From positions 1,984,001 through 2,048,000 of the forward strand of contig JAQFVV010000011.1 of NCBI GenBank assembly GCA_028023455.1: 64,000 nt of DNA, read 5' to 3'. Source of the DNA: Epiperipatus broadwayi (taxonomy: Eukaryota; Animalia; Onychophora). A program made the translations under genes and the position numbers. Below the pieces are notes generated by a model. That model was not told where the DNA came from and ran no database searches. It saw nothing but the letters and a program-made list of their open reading frames with translations. Every line of letters begins with the position of its first letter. Position 1 is the first letter of the stretch. Positions 1 through 14,772 of the stretch are shown here, piece after piece.

Positions 1-179
1 CATATTCAAAAATATTGCACTCTTGAGATTTTTTTTAAATTAATAAATTAATACTCATTAGTTTGTGATTTTGCAGTTTTAAAAAATATATACATATCAT
101 TACAGATGGTCATACAAGTGCAATAATATTAAGCGAATGTCAAACATTTTCTCAAACTTAAGATCTTTGCCTCACTTAA

Positions 180-700
180 TAAAAATTTTAATAATATAAC
201 TTAATTATTTTTTACTTTTCACAACAATATTGTATCTCGTACTTATTTTAGATCATAAATTTTGCTAGATAAACCCAATTCATCTTTCTGACTTTAATTT
301 TATCCCTCGACCACTCTAGGTATATTCCTTCTAAATATTATCAATATCTTCCTTCTCCGCCTCTTTTCTTCTTCTAGTTCCTTCCAGCATATCTTTCAAG
401 ATTCTTCTTTCTTTAAATATGTGCTTAATGTAATTTTTCCTATTGAAAATATTCTAAAAAAACAAACAAACATTTTTTCAGTTAATATTCTTAGTACTTC
501 ATCAATTTTATATTTACAGCTCACCTTCTACTAATCTTCTCCAAAGCTCCCTTATCTAAAACTTCCAATCATTTCATTTCAGGTTTTTCAATTTTACATA
601 TTTCTATTTCATATAAAACTGCCTCTTTCACAACGCTAATTATAATGATATCTTTATTTAAAATCTTGTTAAGTAAGCATTGACTTTTTAGGGGTTTTTT
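180..700 (-). mobile_element. Heavily decayed non-LTR retrotransposon (RTE-like) C-terminal fragment
   Basis: Minus-strand translation gives broken remnants (VLYEIEICK...LEVL...LWRRLV...EVLR) resembling the LYGxETWT/LExFEMWxWRR/NEEVLR region of RTE-type LINEs, with many stops. Confidence 0.45.
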
Positions 701-2112
701 TTAATTTAAAAATATCAATAGCTTGTTTAGAAGCAACACTATTGTTAATTCTATTGTCTATATAATGAGATAAATGTAAAATTGGCCTGTGTTTTAAATG
801 ATCGGGAAAAGTTTTATAAATTCTTAAAATCATGGTTTCACCAAACTTACTTAATATTATATTTAATCATTAATTAGAAAATATTTGATCTAACAATTTT
901 AATCAAATAATTTCTGAGGATGTTAAGAAATTATGGATATTTTTCATGATCCTTGATTTAGCACAGAAAGACCTACAATCCATGGTTTTGATCCTGGATC
1001 ATAATACTTGCTTTGTGATAGGGGCCATGAAGCCAGAAAATAAGTTGTCATAATCCTATCTTTTTTTTTTTTTTTTACAAAGATCACAATATTATCAAGA
1101 AATCTTTATAGTCTATAGAGCTTTACCTAGCATATTTTAAGAGTGGAAATTAATTCTTAATTTTTAATTAAGTTTATAGATTTAAGATTTGAATTAATTC
1201 TAATTTGCATTATTTGGATTGTACCAGCCAACATCATTTTGCAGTAAAATAGATCATTTTAATGGAAAATGATGTCATGAGTTTGTAAATGATGTCAATT
1301 ACTTCGTTTAATATCTAGTTGTGGTAATTCTTTTTTTTTTAGTATCTACTGCCATAAGATATAACATTGAGAGGTGTTCTCATATCTTTCTGTATTATAG
1401 AATTATATAATTTTAGCTGTATTTGCATGTGTTTGATTATTTAGTGTGTATTGTAGTGACATTAAATGTTCTATTGTAGTTCAGTTTTGCCTGGTACATT
1501 CATTACAAATTCCCTGTAAATACACAATAAGAAGAATGCAACAAAAGGGTGGATGTAAATAAAAAGCCAGATGCTTATCTTAAACCATTTGTATAAACAG
1601 AAGTGTTTTAAACCCCAGCCCTGCCTTATTCAGTTGGAAATGTTGGGCGACATTCCTTTTCAAGATCACCTATCAGTTATGTTTAAGGTCGCAACTCAAC
1701 AAGTTTGTGATCTATGAATCTTTCACTTTCATTTATATAAGAGCGTGCATTATTATGAATAAAAAAATTGTATTTTAGACTTCATTCATGAAATGTTTAT
1801 TAGTAGTATTTTAATAATACTATAGCTAGTATATCAGGGAAGTAGACAGTGTTCACAGTCCTGAGAATTTCTGTTCTACTCTCAGTTACTGCTACTGTAT
1901 TAATTAAACATTTTGAAATTAATTATTAAATAATATTCATTATATAATAAATTATTTAAAATCCTATATAAAATATCAAGTCCACTCGTTTAGCACAGTG
2001 TGTGTGTCTATATATATCTAACAATTTTATTTATTACATTTTTATTACTATATTTATTATTTAACAAATAATAAATATATATTGCATTTGGATGTCTTCA
2101 TTTCTAACTTTT

Positions 2113-2216
2113 TTTTAAGTGTCATAGCATCGGCCGGGACGCGAACCCGCAACCCGGGCAACTGCCTGCAAGTGCAAGGCAGTCGCGCTGACCTCTCGAT
2201 CACCAATGCAAGACAA
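2113..2216 (-). mobile_element. tRNA-derived SINE, copy 1, with 16-bp TSD
   Basis: A-box-like TGATCGAGAGG, B-box-like GGTTCGCGTCC, paired ends GCATTGG/CCGATGC and a short A tail. Flanked by TTCATTTCTAACTTTT at 2097-2112 and 2217-2232. Confidence 0.85.
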
Positions 2217-3624
2217 TTCATTTCTAACTTTTCTTTCTTAATCCTTAAATATTTAGAGGCCCACACACTATTATAAACAAAAGGCAATACCATTTGCAAT
2301 ACCCATGCAATGACACAAGCAAAAGAATCATTATGATGAGTGCTATTTGTGTATGGTCAACACTACCGGTCACAATAAGAAAAACAAAAAAGTAATCTCT
2401 TACCATTTATGTGGCCCATTCCACATATAGCTTTTACTTTAAGTGCTAAGTTGTTTTGCTTGTGTGCTATATTTCTCTTCTCTGCATGTGTAATTTTGTA
2501 CTTAAAGAACGAAACCTATTTTGGCAAATTTCTGAAAAGAATAATTGTTTTAAATACCAAAATATATCTATAGAAGTCCTTTAAGAAATTTTGGGCATTT
2601 AATACCCCTTCTAAATAGCATTTTGAAGCATATTTAGCATATGTTTATCCAAAGGCATGGCAATTTTAATATTTTCGTGAATTTATTCATTTTTTGCAAT
2701 ATTAAAAAGTAACTTACCCCTATATATATATTTATGCTTCAGTCATCACTTTTTCCTTAAATATTCTTAATTATATTTTTAATAAAATGATATATGGATA
2801 GCCCTGTAATTGTATGACAACATTCACTCATTAATTATCAGGTTGTAACATCCTGATTTTTATAATTTTTTAAAATTCCAAATGAGAATCATAAGTACTA
2901 AGGTAAAGAGAAAACTTGTTATTTTATTAATAAATGTGAGTTGTTTCTTTGCAGTATATAAAGCAGTTAATTAATATAATGTCGTATATTTTCAAAGTAT
3001 ATGTGCATGAATTCAAAATATATAGGCATGAAACAAGTTTATTACTGGTAGTAAACCTCACTGAAATAGTTTTCTAAGCGTAACTATTTTTCATTTAATA
3101 AAACTTATGTACATATTCGCAAATGGTTCTTGCTGATATATAATTGGGTATTTCTATGTATTTATACATATTACAGCTCTGAAGAAGGCTGTTGCAGAGT
3201 CAAAGCTGTCAGCCATTTTTGAAAGTGCAAAAATAATAAAGCACTGTATTGTGTAAGTGCATAAAAGAATGTGCTATTATTATTTGTTTGTATCTGATGT
3301 ATAAGTTTATAATGCTCAAACCTCTGCATTGAAAGGGGGTGGTAGAGAAGAATGCTGTGAAATAATAAAGTTTAAAATGTTTTTTTTTATTACCCAAAAA
3401 TAGTAGAAAGCAAAAAAAAACATGCTAATATGAAATTAACAGTATTTTTATGGTTCCCTCCTGATTAATTTTTTCATCTGCATGTCTGTAACTTGAAATT
3501 TAAATAAAAATGAATTTAGAAAAAAATTCAAATTCCAAGTAAGCAAGCTTAGCATTTTCCCTCAAATAACCAGCCCGCAGCTAATTCAACTAGCAATTAT
3601 CTGCTAGTAAAAGAATGTCTAGCC

Positions 3625-3730
3625 TTTCAAGCATTGGTGTTCGAGAGGTCAGTGACAGCTGCTTTACAAGCAGTTGTCCTGGGTTAGCGGGTTCATTTCC
3701 CAGCTGATGCTATGACTCATGAGAAAAAAA
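3625..3730 (+). mobile_element. tRNA-derived SINE, copy 2, with 11-bp TSD
   Basis: Homologous to copy 1, ends in CTATGACTCATGAG plus an A run. TSD AATGTCTAGCC at 3614-3624 and 3731-3741. Confidence 0.85.
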
Positions 3731-6003
3731 AATGTCTAGCCATTTCTTATTTAGATACCCATTATAATAACTCAACATAAATCAAAAATAAATCTCATTA
3801 TCTGGCATTTGATTATCTCATCCTTCACTGTTTTTCTGTAGATAACTTGGAGCAGTATTTCTATATGATTATGATTATATGATAATAATGATACATTACC
3901 TAATCTATGACAGTACATTTTGTGATCATCATCATTTTCAAGCAAGCATAATGAGTAACACTGTTTTTTTCTTAGATGAAAACTGACTACATTTAATGAT
4001 GTAAACATTATTTAAAATGATACTGTTATTACAAAAAAAAAAGTATTTTGATTAATATAATGTATATTTTTTATTTTTTGGTACATTTTATGTATAATGA
4101 CAGAGATCTCGAAAGCACATCCTGCAGTCCAGACAATGGACTGTGGGCATATGTAAAATTAAATATAAAGCTATAAAGACATTGTTAAAAATAAGACATA
4201 TGTGCGATAATACATTTTCACTAATAACTTACATAATATCAGAACTTTCATTTAATTGTTAAATATTTTTGAAATACAATAAAATGTGTCTACACTGTTA
4301 AATGTACTGAACTTGTGTAGACTCCGCCATTTTTAAATATTTCCCATCATGCATTTAAAGACAATGGAGTCTAAAGTCTAATAACTTTATGTTTGCTTTG
4401 CCTTGAAACTGTAAGAAAAAATATATTTTTAGCAGCTGTAACTACAGGAGCATTTCAAAACTTATTTTAAATTAGTTTGAAACTAAAAGTCATATTATGA
4501 CATTTATTTATTTAAGAATAATTTGCATTTTTAAAATACTAAATCACAATATATGCAATGTAATATTTACTAAGGCAATAAACCTAAAGCATGTGCGCTT
4601 GAAAATGCGAAAGTAGCGACCTCTATGGGTCTTAACCACAAGCTTGCAATAGTTATGGGTTTTCCACTTTATAAAGGCTTGAAGTTGTAAATGAAAGCAG
4701 TATATACTAAGATTTTTATCTTTTGCTTGAAGCTAAATGTCAAGTTACACACATTTCAGCTCTTTTTTTTACTTCAGTAATTTAATTTTTAGAATGAATA
4801 AATGTTGTTGTTTAATGATGCTATGCTTTACACGATAAGTCAGAATATAAATATTTTTTCAATTTTATAGCGGTAAAATGATTTTAGCAGCCTAGTTATA
4901 ATATAGTTCTTTGTAATTTTAAAGTATTTAAATTTTAAGTATTTGTTATATTAAAATCTTAGTTAATGTAATTTGTATACCAATAAGGCTAAAATAATCA
5001 TAATTTAACTGTTAAAGTTTTTGAAAGATTTGGTATTGGTAAACTTGAAAACCCAGTTCCAACTCTTATATTTAAGTTTGTTAATATTTAAATGAAATAT
5101 TTTAGATTTAGTTAGTTAAAAGAAGTCGTAATGAAGCTGATAATTTTAAAATAGGACTTAAAAGAATGAATGCATGAATATTTGGATGAACAAATGTAAA
5201 GTAATTAATTTCTTTAACACTTCGTTGTTTAATTAAAAATGTTTCTTAAATATCTTTTTTTTTTTAAATACAATTTTAAATGTTCTGAATATTTAAATTA
5301 AATTAAAATGAATATGTTGAATAAATATTATAAGAATGTTTTTATTTGGAATAAAGTAATTTCCATTTTTGTAATATATATTGTAATATTTGACATTATA
5401 AAAAAATTATTTTAACAGGAAATGTATTAATTAATTTGTCTGTCTACACATAAATTAATTGATTTTAGAAAATTGAATATGTAATGAGATTATTTTTATA
5501 ATTTCTCCTTAGAGTTGGTAAGAAAATGGATTCAAAACAATGAAATAAAGTGGATAGAAATTAAAATGTCAATATTGGAAATCATAAAGTAATCACAGGA
5601 TATAAATAAGAGAAACTGACTTGCACGCACACTGGATGCCACATTCACATTTTTATTCATTGTTACTGAAAGTTACTTAATTGTTTTAATTTAATAAGTT
5701 TAAATTTTTAAATAATTTTTTCTTAGTAAAAGTAACGGTTTGTTAGGAAACTAATTTTATCTAGATACAACTTTTAAATTAAAGACTTTGAGTGCACAGG
5801 ATTTACAATGCAGGAAACATTATGGTAAAACTAACTACTTATTATAAGACGTTTTAATTTATACTATTTAAATTTCATGTTTTATGAAATTTTAAAAAAT
5901 AGCATTGGCATTGCTTTGACTATGTAAGAACTATTATTAATTTTCATTATTTGAGTTTACTTGATATTCAAATTTACCTTAACATATTTGCAAATATAGA
6001 GCA

Positions 6004-6290
6004 TTTGAACACAGACTTTCAAGAACCCTTCAACTATCCACGCTATCTCATACCATTAACACACATGACCACACTTACGTAGAAAAGATAAACGTATTTC
6101 ATGCTGAACCAGCACTCATCAGTTGGTCCAGATTATCATCTTGCACACACATATATAATCAGTGCTCAGTTTATATTAAGATAGCAAATCTTCCTACTTC
6201 AATGGACAAGCTTCAATCTACTCCAATCTCCAACTCTTCAACCATCCATACCATTGAAAATCTGAAGATGGAAAGTTTAAATCTCACATA
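6004..6290 (-). mobile_element. Penelope-like pLTR/retrozyme family A, solo copy with hammerhead motif
   Basis: Reverse complement aligns with 15270-15550. Contains CTGATGA-GTGCTG-GTT-CAGCAT-GAAA (plus-strand 6097-6122). Confidence 0.75.
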
Positions 6291-6811
6291 TTTTTAAATT
6301 TTCTCCATAGTACTAATGATTTTAAAATTATTTAATTGCTTCACATGTTTTTCTTAAATGTTATTTGGAATTAATTCATTTTGAAAGAAGAACTTTAAAT
6401 TCCTAATAATAATAACTTGCCTGTCATGATGAGACTTATTTAACTATCTTCTATAAAATTATACATATTTTTACAAGAAAAACATTTGACTTAGTTAAAT
6501 TATACTATGTGGACATTCATTTATTTATGCTGTTATTATATAAAAACATTTCTTATCATTCAATAGAGACATACATTTTTTTTTAACCTATTATGTCTAT
6601 TTCATATCAAGGAGAGAAATATATTTTCTTGGCTCCATGGAAAGAAAAGAATTGCCTTATATTATTCCAGAAGTTTTATAATATATTATTAAACACTTCA
6701 ATATAATATTTATGAATTATAAATGGAAATATGAATATTCTTAATATTATTATTTTGAGCAAAGTTTAATATAAAATTTTCAACATTAATCATAAAAGCC
6801 TTCTCACTCAC

Positions 6812-6918
6812 TCTATCATCATCATGTTCTTCTGAAAACTGTTCTAATAATATTTTAAAATATTTTAAGAATTGTTTCTCCTGTTTATCATTACCATTAT
6901 TATTTAATAAAATGTTTT
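6812..6918 (-). CDS. Putative internal exon of an unidentified minus-strand gene (ENILLNNNGNDKQEKQFLKYFKILLEQFSEEHDDR)
   Basis: Acceptor tttatctttttatcttag, donor AGA|gtgagt, 107 nt, open in one frame (phase 1 to 0). No homolog recognised. Confidence 0.45.
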
Positions 6919-7404
6919 CTAAGATAAAAAGATAAATGACTATTTTATTGTGAGAAATAAATATTATTACATGGAAAATTACTTAAAATAAATGCATATC
7001 TACAAATTTCTGCTGGCATTATTTTAAATATTTTCTACTTAAAAATAATTGCGAAGTACTATTTAAACTACTTAATTATGTCACATTCTTGTGTGCTGAA
7101 TATCTTCATTGTCTATAAAAAAATTATTTGCTTTATTAACTATATCCTGCTTCATGGTTAAAAACAAAAGAAGGACTTTTATTTTACTTTATAAATAATA
7201 AAAGGGTTTAATTTTAAGTTTTAATATTTATGATTTTGCTTATAATGTCATTATAATTTTTATATGCATATCATTTGGGTATAATTTTGTATTCTATTTT
7301 TTATAAACAGTTCTATAAAAGTTCTCAGAATATTATAATTTGATAATAATATATTTTGAAAATGTTATGTGTGTCCTTCTTATAAATTATTTATTTATTG
7401 ACAG

Positions 7405-10400
7405 GATATTATGCTGAATAAAGTAAAAGTGGATTATAGTTTTATTGCTTATTTTACTGCATAATTTGACTAAGCTAAATTTAGCATTAATTATTTATTA
7501 ATCATTTTTACACATCTGTTAGTTATTATATTTGTTTAAGAGATGGTACCTTAATCTCTCTCTTATTTTCTAAAAATGTTTTCGTTGCCAGTATAGTTTT
7601 GGAGATTGTATGTTGTTATATTTTCAAATATATTTCATTGCTCTTTATTAAACTAAAGCATGCAGTGTTTTGTTTAATGCAAATCCAGTTACTATTATTA
7701 TTGTTCCCCTAATGGTTCATCTTCATTGCTACATGACTAGAGATTAAGTCCTAGTTCATTTATTTACTGCCCTCAAAAGTAGATCCATTTATTTATGAGT
7801 TCATGCCATCAGACTTTTACTTTGCTTTTACATTGTTATCCAAATGTGGATTTATTTATTTTTGTTAGTACATTTTATATAGATCCAGGGATAGTATTTT
7901 ACATGATTTTATCCTGTCAAAATGCCACCTTTAACTTTTGTTACTCCTATTTTATTTGAGTATAAGTTATATTGTTGACATGTATGTTCTATAATTATGC
8001 TTTGCTTGTACTTAGGATGTAAATTTGATAAAGAATGAAGATTCAAAATTGTATGTTTTGGCAGAAAATAACAATATACAGCTTCTTTAATATCCATCTT
8101 GTTGCTAGATCAGTAAGCTTATAATTTTAAATTATATTAAATATTCATAAGAGATACTCTAATAGTATGAATGTTATATAACTATGATAACTTAATCATT
8201 TTCAAATTTATAGAAAGTTTTAAGGATAAACCATATTAATATTTATTTATTTATTTTTACATAATGAACTTATAAGCTGTAATTTTTCTGGTCTTAAAAA
8301 AACTTATCTGCAGAAGTTTTTGCTTAATGGCATTAGAAGAAATGTTAGATTTGTTGTTTCTTTAATTTGAAAATAAATATTGTTTTATTATTAATTAAAT
8401 TTTTCTTATAGTCATTTTTCCACATCATCCACTCATTATTCAGAAATCTAATTTTTAAAAAAAACCATAAAAATGTCATAAATTACTTTAAATCTTTATG
8501 CATTAAAAGTACATAGGTAACAAAATTTTGACACGAGTCTTAATTGAAATTGCATCTAAACATTAGAATTACTTTTAAGAAAGAGATGATTTTGTTGAAC
8601 AAAGAATAATTGCATATTTATCATTAGCGATCACTTTAGTCAATTTTGTTTGTTTATTAAAGATCACTATGCTGACTTTAAATTATTTTCCCATATTTAT
8701 AAGGTTGTGCTATTATTCCATAATAAGTTCAGATAATGAAATTAATTACTTTATTCAAATTCAGATATTTAAAGTAGGTTTATTAATGTGATATTTAGAA
8801 TGGTGACACATCTTTGTGGGAGACATTATCTTAGGGGTAAGACTATGTCTCACTGTTCTTGGCACTAGGATTTCATTCTTTGCTAAATAATCCACAAAAG
8901 TAAAAAGTGAATTTATTTTATCATAATCAAACTTAATCATATGCACTCTGAGATGACCAATATATTTATAAACCATCTTATTAAATTATTATTGCTAAAG
9001 AAGAAACTGTTTCAAATAAGATAACATTGTGGCAAATATTTAAAAAAATGTGGTATATTTTATAAATCAAATGTTTCCTCTGATCATGGCAATAAGATGC
9101 TTAGAAGATTGATAAAAAATGTGATAGTGGTAGATGTTGTGAAGTGAAGAATTTTAGTGTATCTTTTAATGACATATGCTTCCAATATTAAATTTTTACT
9201 TTTATAAGAGTGAGTATGAAAATTCTTCTCTTAAGTCATTAATATTGCCTTTTATCTTAATGATAATTATTTCAATTATTCACCACTCTTCTCTTATTAT
9301 TATGACAAATGACATATTTGAAATCCACTGAGCCCTTTTATTGGTTACAACTAGGTGGTTATTTATTTACTTTCCATCACCCATGTCAAATGGATTATAA
9401 TTTGGCATGCGCAACGTGTTGGTTTGATCGGTTGTAAGGTGCTGAGTGATCATCTGGAAAAAGCATTGATGGCAATAGTTAGTCAGTCTATACTTGTAAG
9501 TTACAATACATAATTAAATGAGATATTTATTTTATATAGTGCTATGTTTTTATTCATTTATAGTTAAAAATCCACAAACTGCATGTGCATTAGCTTAATG
9601 GTTGATTAATACAAAATTAAATGAATTCAGTCAGTTGAAAGACTATGATATTTGAACAATTCCTTGGTTGCCATTTGCATTCCAAAGATAGGTTTTTTTC
9701 ATATTTTTTTAAATGTTTGGAGAAAAAATTTGCATTATTCATGCAGATGACATATCATTGGAAACCCAAACGTAATTGTGGATAAAATAGCAAAAACTGG
9801 ATGACTATAATTTATATATATTATAGGAAAAATATATATTACAGAAAACTTATATGAATTGGATATTTTAAAAGGAATTGATACTTTCAGAGCAACTACA
9901 GATATCATTATATTTTCATATTAATTTACATTATAATAAAATTCAATAAATTACTTCACATTTATTCTCTCAATTTATTTATGGATTATATATATATATA
10001 TATAACCATTAAAAACCAATCAACATGTTGATAATCCCAATATAGATAACAATCAAGAATTTCAAACTTTGACTACGATGTAAATGTATATCTATGTGTT
10101 ATACAGGGAAGAAAAATTTGATAATAATAATAATTAGCCAAGTGCACTTTTGACACTGGTTACAATTGTAGTGCAATGGTATTGTCAAGTCTAATAACAT
10201 TGCCAATCTAAGAAATACTAGTGTCCCACTGAGCATGCACTGGAATCTTAACCTGTCAGTTTAGTTTGTTTGCCATGAGTCTGTACACAGTACCGATTAT
10301 TATTATCAAATTTTTCTTCTCTGTACATACATAGATATGCAAGTGTATATATACGAATGTGCATTTTTAAATTGTAATTTATAAATATCATTCCTAAATA

Positions 10401-11062
10401 AGCACGTTAAAAAATATTTTCAACTAACATAATAAATATATTTTCTAATTTATTTTGGGTTCCCTTTAAATAGGGTTTGACTTTTTTTTAATTTATAATT
10501 ATATAAATAAAATTTTTAACTTTTTTTTTTTTTTTGCAGCAAACTACAAATATTGCTTAAAATGCTGGTGGCATATTATTATAATAATAATAATAATAAA
10601 AAAATAAATAATAAAAATTAAAAAAATATTTTAGCAGCATGTTCAATTTTTTCTTACTTCATTACATGATCATTTTTTTTTTTAAAATTATCTAATAATA
10701 AAACTTACTTTCTTTTTATCTTAGGTGAGAATTTTCAATTTAACATTAAAAAACATATTGCTTTAATTTGTTTTGCAGTTCTTTTATAATTACTAAGATA
10801 TAATATTAGTTGTTTCACTAGTGCTTGAGGTATAATAAAACAAGAAAATATAATATTACATCTTCTTTCTCTTAAAATACTAGAAAAACAGTATATACTA
10901 TGTATTTTAATGCGGTTATATATTTATAAATCCTATAACATTTTTTATGTTTTTTTATAAAACTTTTTCGTTTACAATATATATATTAATTCCTTTTTTA
11001 AAAAAGATAATAAGAATTCATTTATAAATATTTTAGAAAGAGGATTCATAGATACTTTCAAG
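7405..11062 (+). CDS. Tentative chain of five small plus-strand exons (7405-7422, 8016-8050, 8799-8836, 9355-9433, 11037-11062) encoding DIMLNKDVNLIKNEDSKLMVTHLCGRHYLRGGYLFTFHHPCQMDYNLACATCWFDRLKRIHRYFQ
   Basis: Each exon has yAG and GT(a/g) signals, and the phases chain 0-0-2-1-2-1 without a stop. Assembled by eye, so chance assembly is possible. Confidence 0.3.
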
Positions 11063-14000
11063 GTAAATAATAATATTTATATTTCCTGTTATTTCAAACT
11101 CAATTCTCAGAAAGTACAATTACTCACATTATTATATTAACAAAGTAATAATAATAAAAGACGGTTATCTTCGATTAGCCAACAAACACCGCCTGATGTC
11201 ACTGTTGCTAGTCAAAAACCATAGATATAACGTTACTGAGCTGATTTATAATTTCAAGAGATTTGTGAATGCAAATGTCCATATATATATATATGTGTGT
11301 GCTTATATAGGTATGTATGCATATTTGTGCTTCCAAATTAGTTTAGCAAAGTTTTTTTTAAATAAACATTTGAAAACAAGTTATTGCTTAATCTGATATT
11401 CATTTTGTTAAGAAAGACCCCTCCTCCTAAGCACAAGTTTCCAAAAATGGATCCTGCATTAAAAATGAAATATCAAAATATTTTCATTTTCTTGAATAGC
11501 AATGACATTAAATATGACAGATAAATATTTTTATATAATATTATAATCATAAATTTATGAGAAATGTCATAAATCTATTACCAAATGCCTATTTAAAACT
11601 TATGTATCAAAATTTTGCAATTTATAGATAAGTTTAAAATAAATGTTTTAATTGTTTATTTTTATTTTAATTTACAATAATGATTATATTCTATAAACTT
11701 TATTTCTTTCATTATTATTTTGTAATTCAATATGAAGTATAGTTTGATAGAAAGGGAGGATTAATAATACTACAAATTAACTACTCTAATAGTAATTTCA
11801 AACTTATATTATTTTTATGATTATTTATCTTCAACATTATGCATTTTCACCCAACTGCACAAAAGTTCAACATGGTGCATGCATTAATTAATAAAGTTAA
11901 ATAAATATTGAATGTTGTAATGCATTCATTTTCTAATTTATATACTATATGATCTTTTCCTTCTAACATAAATAAAATCACTAATTATTATTTTTTGTTA
12001 ATATAAATCTTACTATTTTATCTAAAAGAAATATATATTATTTTTGCTTATATCAACATATTATTATTTATTTTTTACAGAAGACTTGAATTTTGTATAT
12101 ACAAAAATACATTTTAAAAATGATTCATTCATATAAAAAAAAAATGGTGAATTTATACAAAGTGAGTTTGAGTATTATATAATATTGGAACATTCATAGA
12201 AAATATTAATTTGCACAATAAAAATTCAATTATTAAGTTTTATATATATATATAAATGTGTTTTAACACACATGATTTGACTGCAAATTCTCATTCGTAT
12301 TGAGAAAATTCTTCTGTGCACTATTTTATGATTTAATGACCAGTCTATCTGCTTATCTCATTCAGTCGATTTCGGTCTGTTTCTCAGTGCAGTTTAATAT
12401 AAAATATTTGGGAAAAGATAAAATGAAACAGCAGCAGTAGTAGTAATATTATCAATAATACTATAGACCAAACAATTATGAAATGCGAGATCATTAAATA
12501 AGCAACTTAACGTTGAAGAATTTGAAATTGCATTTTTCTTGCAATGTCTTTTTTATATTATTATATTTATTTTAGTACCATTCCAACTTCATTCCGAGTA
12601 TCAATCTTTTTGTTTATGTATCAGTATTGTTTTGTATAGACATAGCACTTTATCATATTAAAGTATCTTTCAAGTACTATGAAATAAATTATAATGATTA
12701 TGAAGTAGCCATCTTTTTAATAATAAAAAAAAAAGACTGCTGTTCTTAAAATATCATTCTAATGAGTATTTGGATGAAAGATGATGAAAGTTTATGAGCC
12801 TCATTATTCCAAATCTTCACTATATCATTCTGATTGCAGGTATCAGTAAAAACGAATATTTTCACAAATGGAAACAAAAAGTTGGCTGATAGGTTATTAG
12901 AGATGTGGATTTATTTTTTTTATATAAAAAAAAGTGTTTGAAGATTTTACATTGGAAGCATATTAAATGAATATAGCATTACCTACCCTACTACATATGT
13001 TGACATCAATAAAAATAATCAGCAAAATCACTTCTCATACTGTAATTGTTTTACAGAATAAACACTGCTTTTCAACTGTTTTACGAAATCACAATTCTTT
13101 TTAAAACAATATACATAACATTTTTCATATAAATACCAAACTCAAAACCAATTAGATTTTAAAGTGTGAAATAAACATGATATTGTCATTTTAAATATTA
13201 AATATTTAAATGGATAATTAATTAATATTCATTAATATTTAAGGTGATAAATTATAGTTATTTTTAACTCAAGGGCATCATCATTACTTTATGCTTTAAA
13301 ATCGAATTAGTCTTCAGTTTGATATTTATATGGAAAGTGACTTTGTACATTGCATACAAAAACTAAGATGTGAACTCGTAAAATGGTTGAAGAGTCATAT
13401 TTATTCTGTGAAAACAATTGTATTATGGGAGCTGATTAACTGTTTATTTTAGTATGATAATAAAATTAGCAAAGTTACATAGTTAATATAGGGATTGGCT
13501 GAATGTTTTAATAAAAGTGTATTATTAACAAACTGATTAGTAAGTTTATTTTAACTATTAGGTTATACACATTTGTTTATAGATAAGTAAATGTCAATTA
13601 AAAAGTTTTAAAAACATTAATAGTATCTAAAATTTGGATATAAAATAAATACCAATTTAATGAATCTACTTTCAAACATAAAATATAACATAAATATAAA
13701 ACAAACGAACATATTAAATCAATCACTTAAAATGGAAAACAAACGTATTAAAACAGCTTATTGAAACAGATATAGAAAATAGGCATACAATTTTTTTTTT
13801 CTTTTATAATTTAAAATAGTGTGGTTTACGTAAGAATATTTATCTTAGTCATATCAGAATGACACTCTAAACACTAAAGGACTACAGAGACCACATTAAA
13901 TTGTCCTGAAGAAGATAGAGAGCAAATGCAAACTATTATACCGCTTGTTTATGATAGGTTTAAATAACTCAACTTGCTTTAGACAGAAACCATAACATAT

Positions 14001-14772
14001 TTCCATATATATAAAAGAATTTCTAATCAAAAATTGAAATATTTGAATAACACATATACATACCTTTTTAATTAAACCAATTTATTTTATTTCTTACAGA
14101 CAGTAAGTGTTAGCATAGTATTTCAAATTATGCTTCTTGCTTGCTTATTTTAAATATTGCATTTAAAAATACAATCAACTACTGTGCACTTATTTTCTCC
14201 TTCTGGTTAAATATGTATTGTTAAATAAACAATGCTATAAAAAGGATTTCAGCATCGATAAATATCTATAAAAACTGTTATTAAACTAATTAATTACTTT
14301 AAAATATTTAATTACACCCACATATTTTAATAATGTATTACCATAAAAAAATTAGTCGTAACACACATATGCATATATATACAAACACACACTATTTATT
14401 TTATATATACAACCATTTAAAATTGTTGCATATACTATAAATCTATATCATATAACGCAACACTGATATTGATTAGCAGTTATAGTTATAGCAGGGTTTT
14501 GTTAGTTATATAAAAGATCTTTACCCAAAAATTTGGACTAAACTAGATTTAAAAGTGGCTATAGCAAAGTAAATTACATACTATTATTCAGGAAATTATT
14601 CAAAGAACCAATAAGGTATTAATAATTAGAAAAAAAAGCACTATTATAAAAGCACTTTGATGGAACATCAAGGCATAATTGTCAAATTTTGAAAAATATT
14701 TATCGAAATATAATTCAGTGATTAGATTATTTTAAAATATTAGAAAATTAACATTGACAAAAAGATGTTTGA

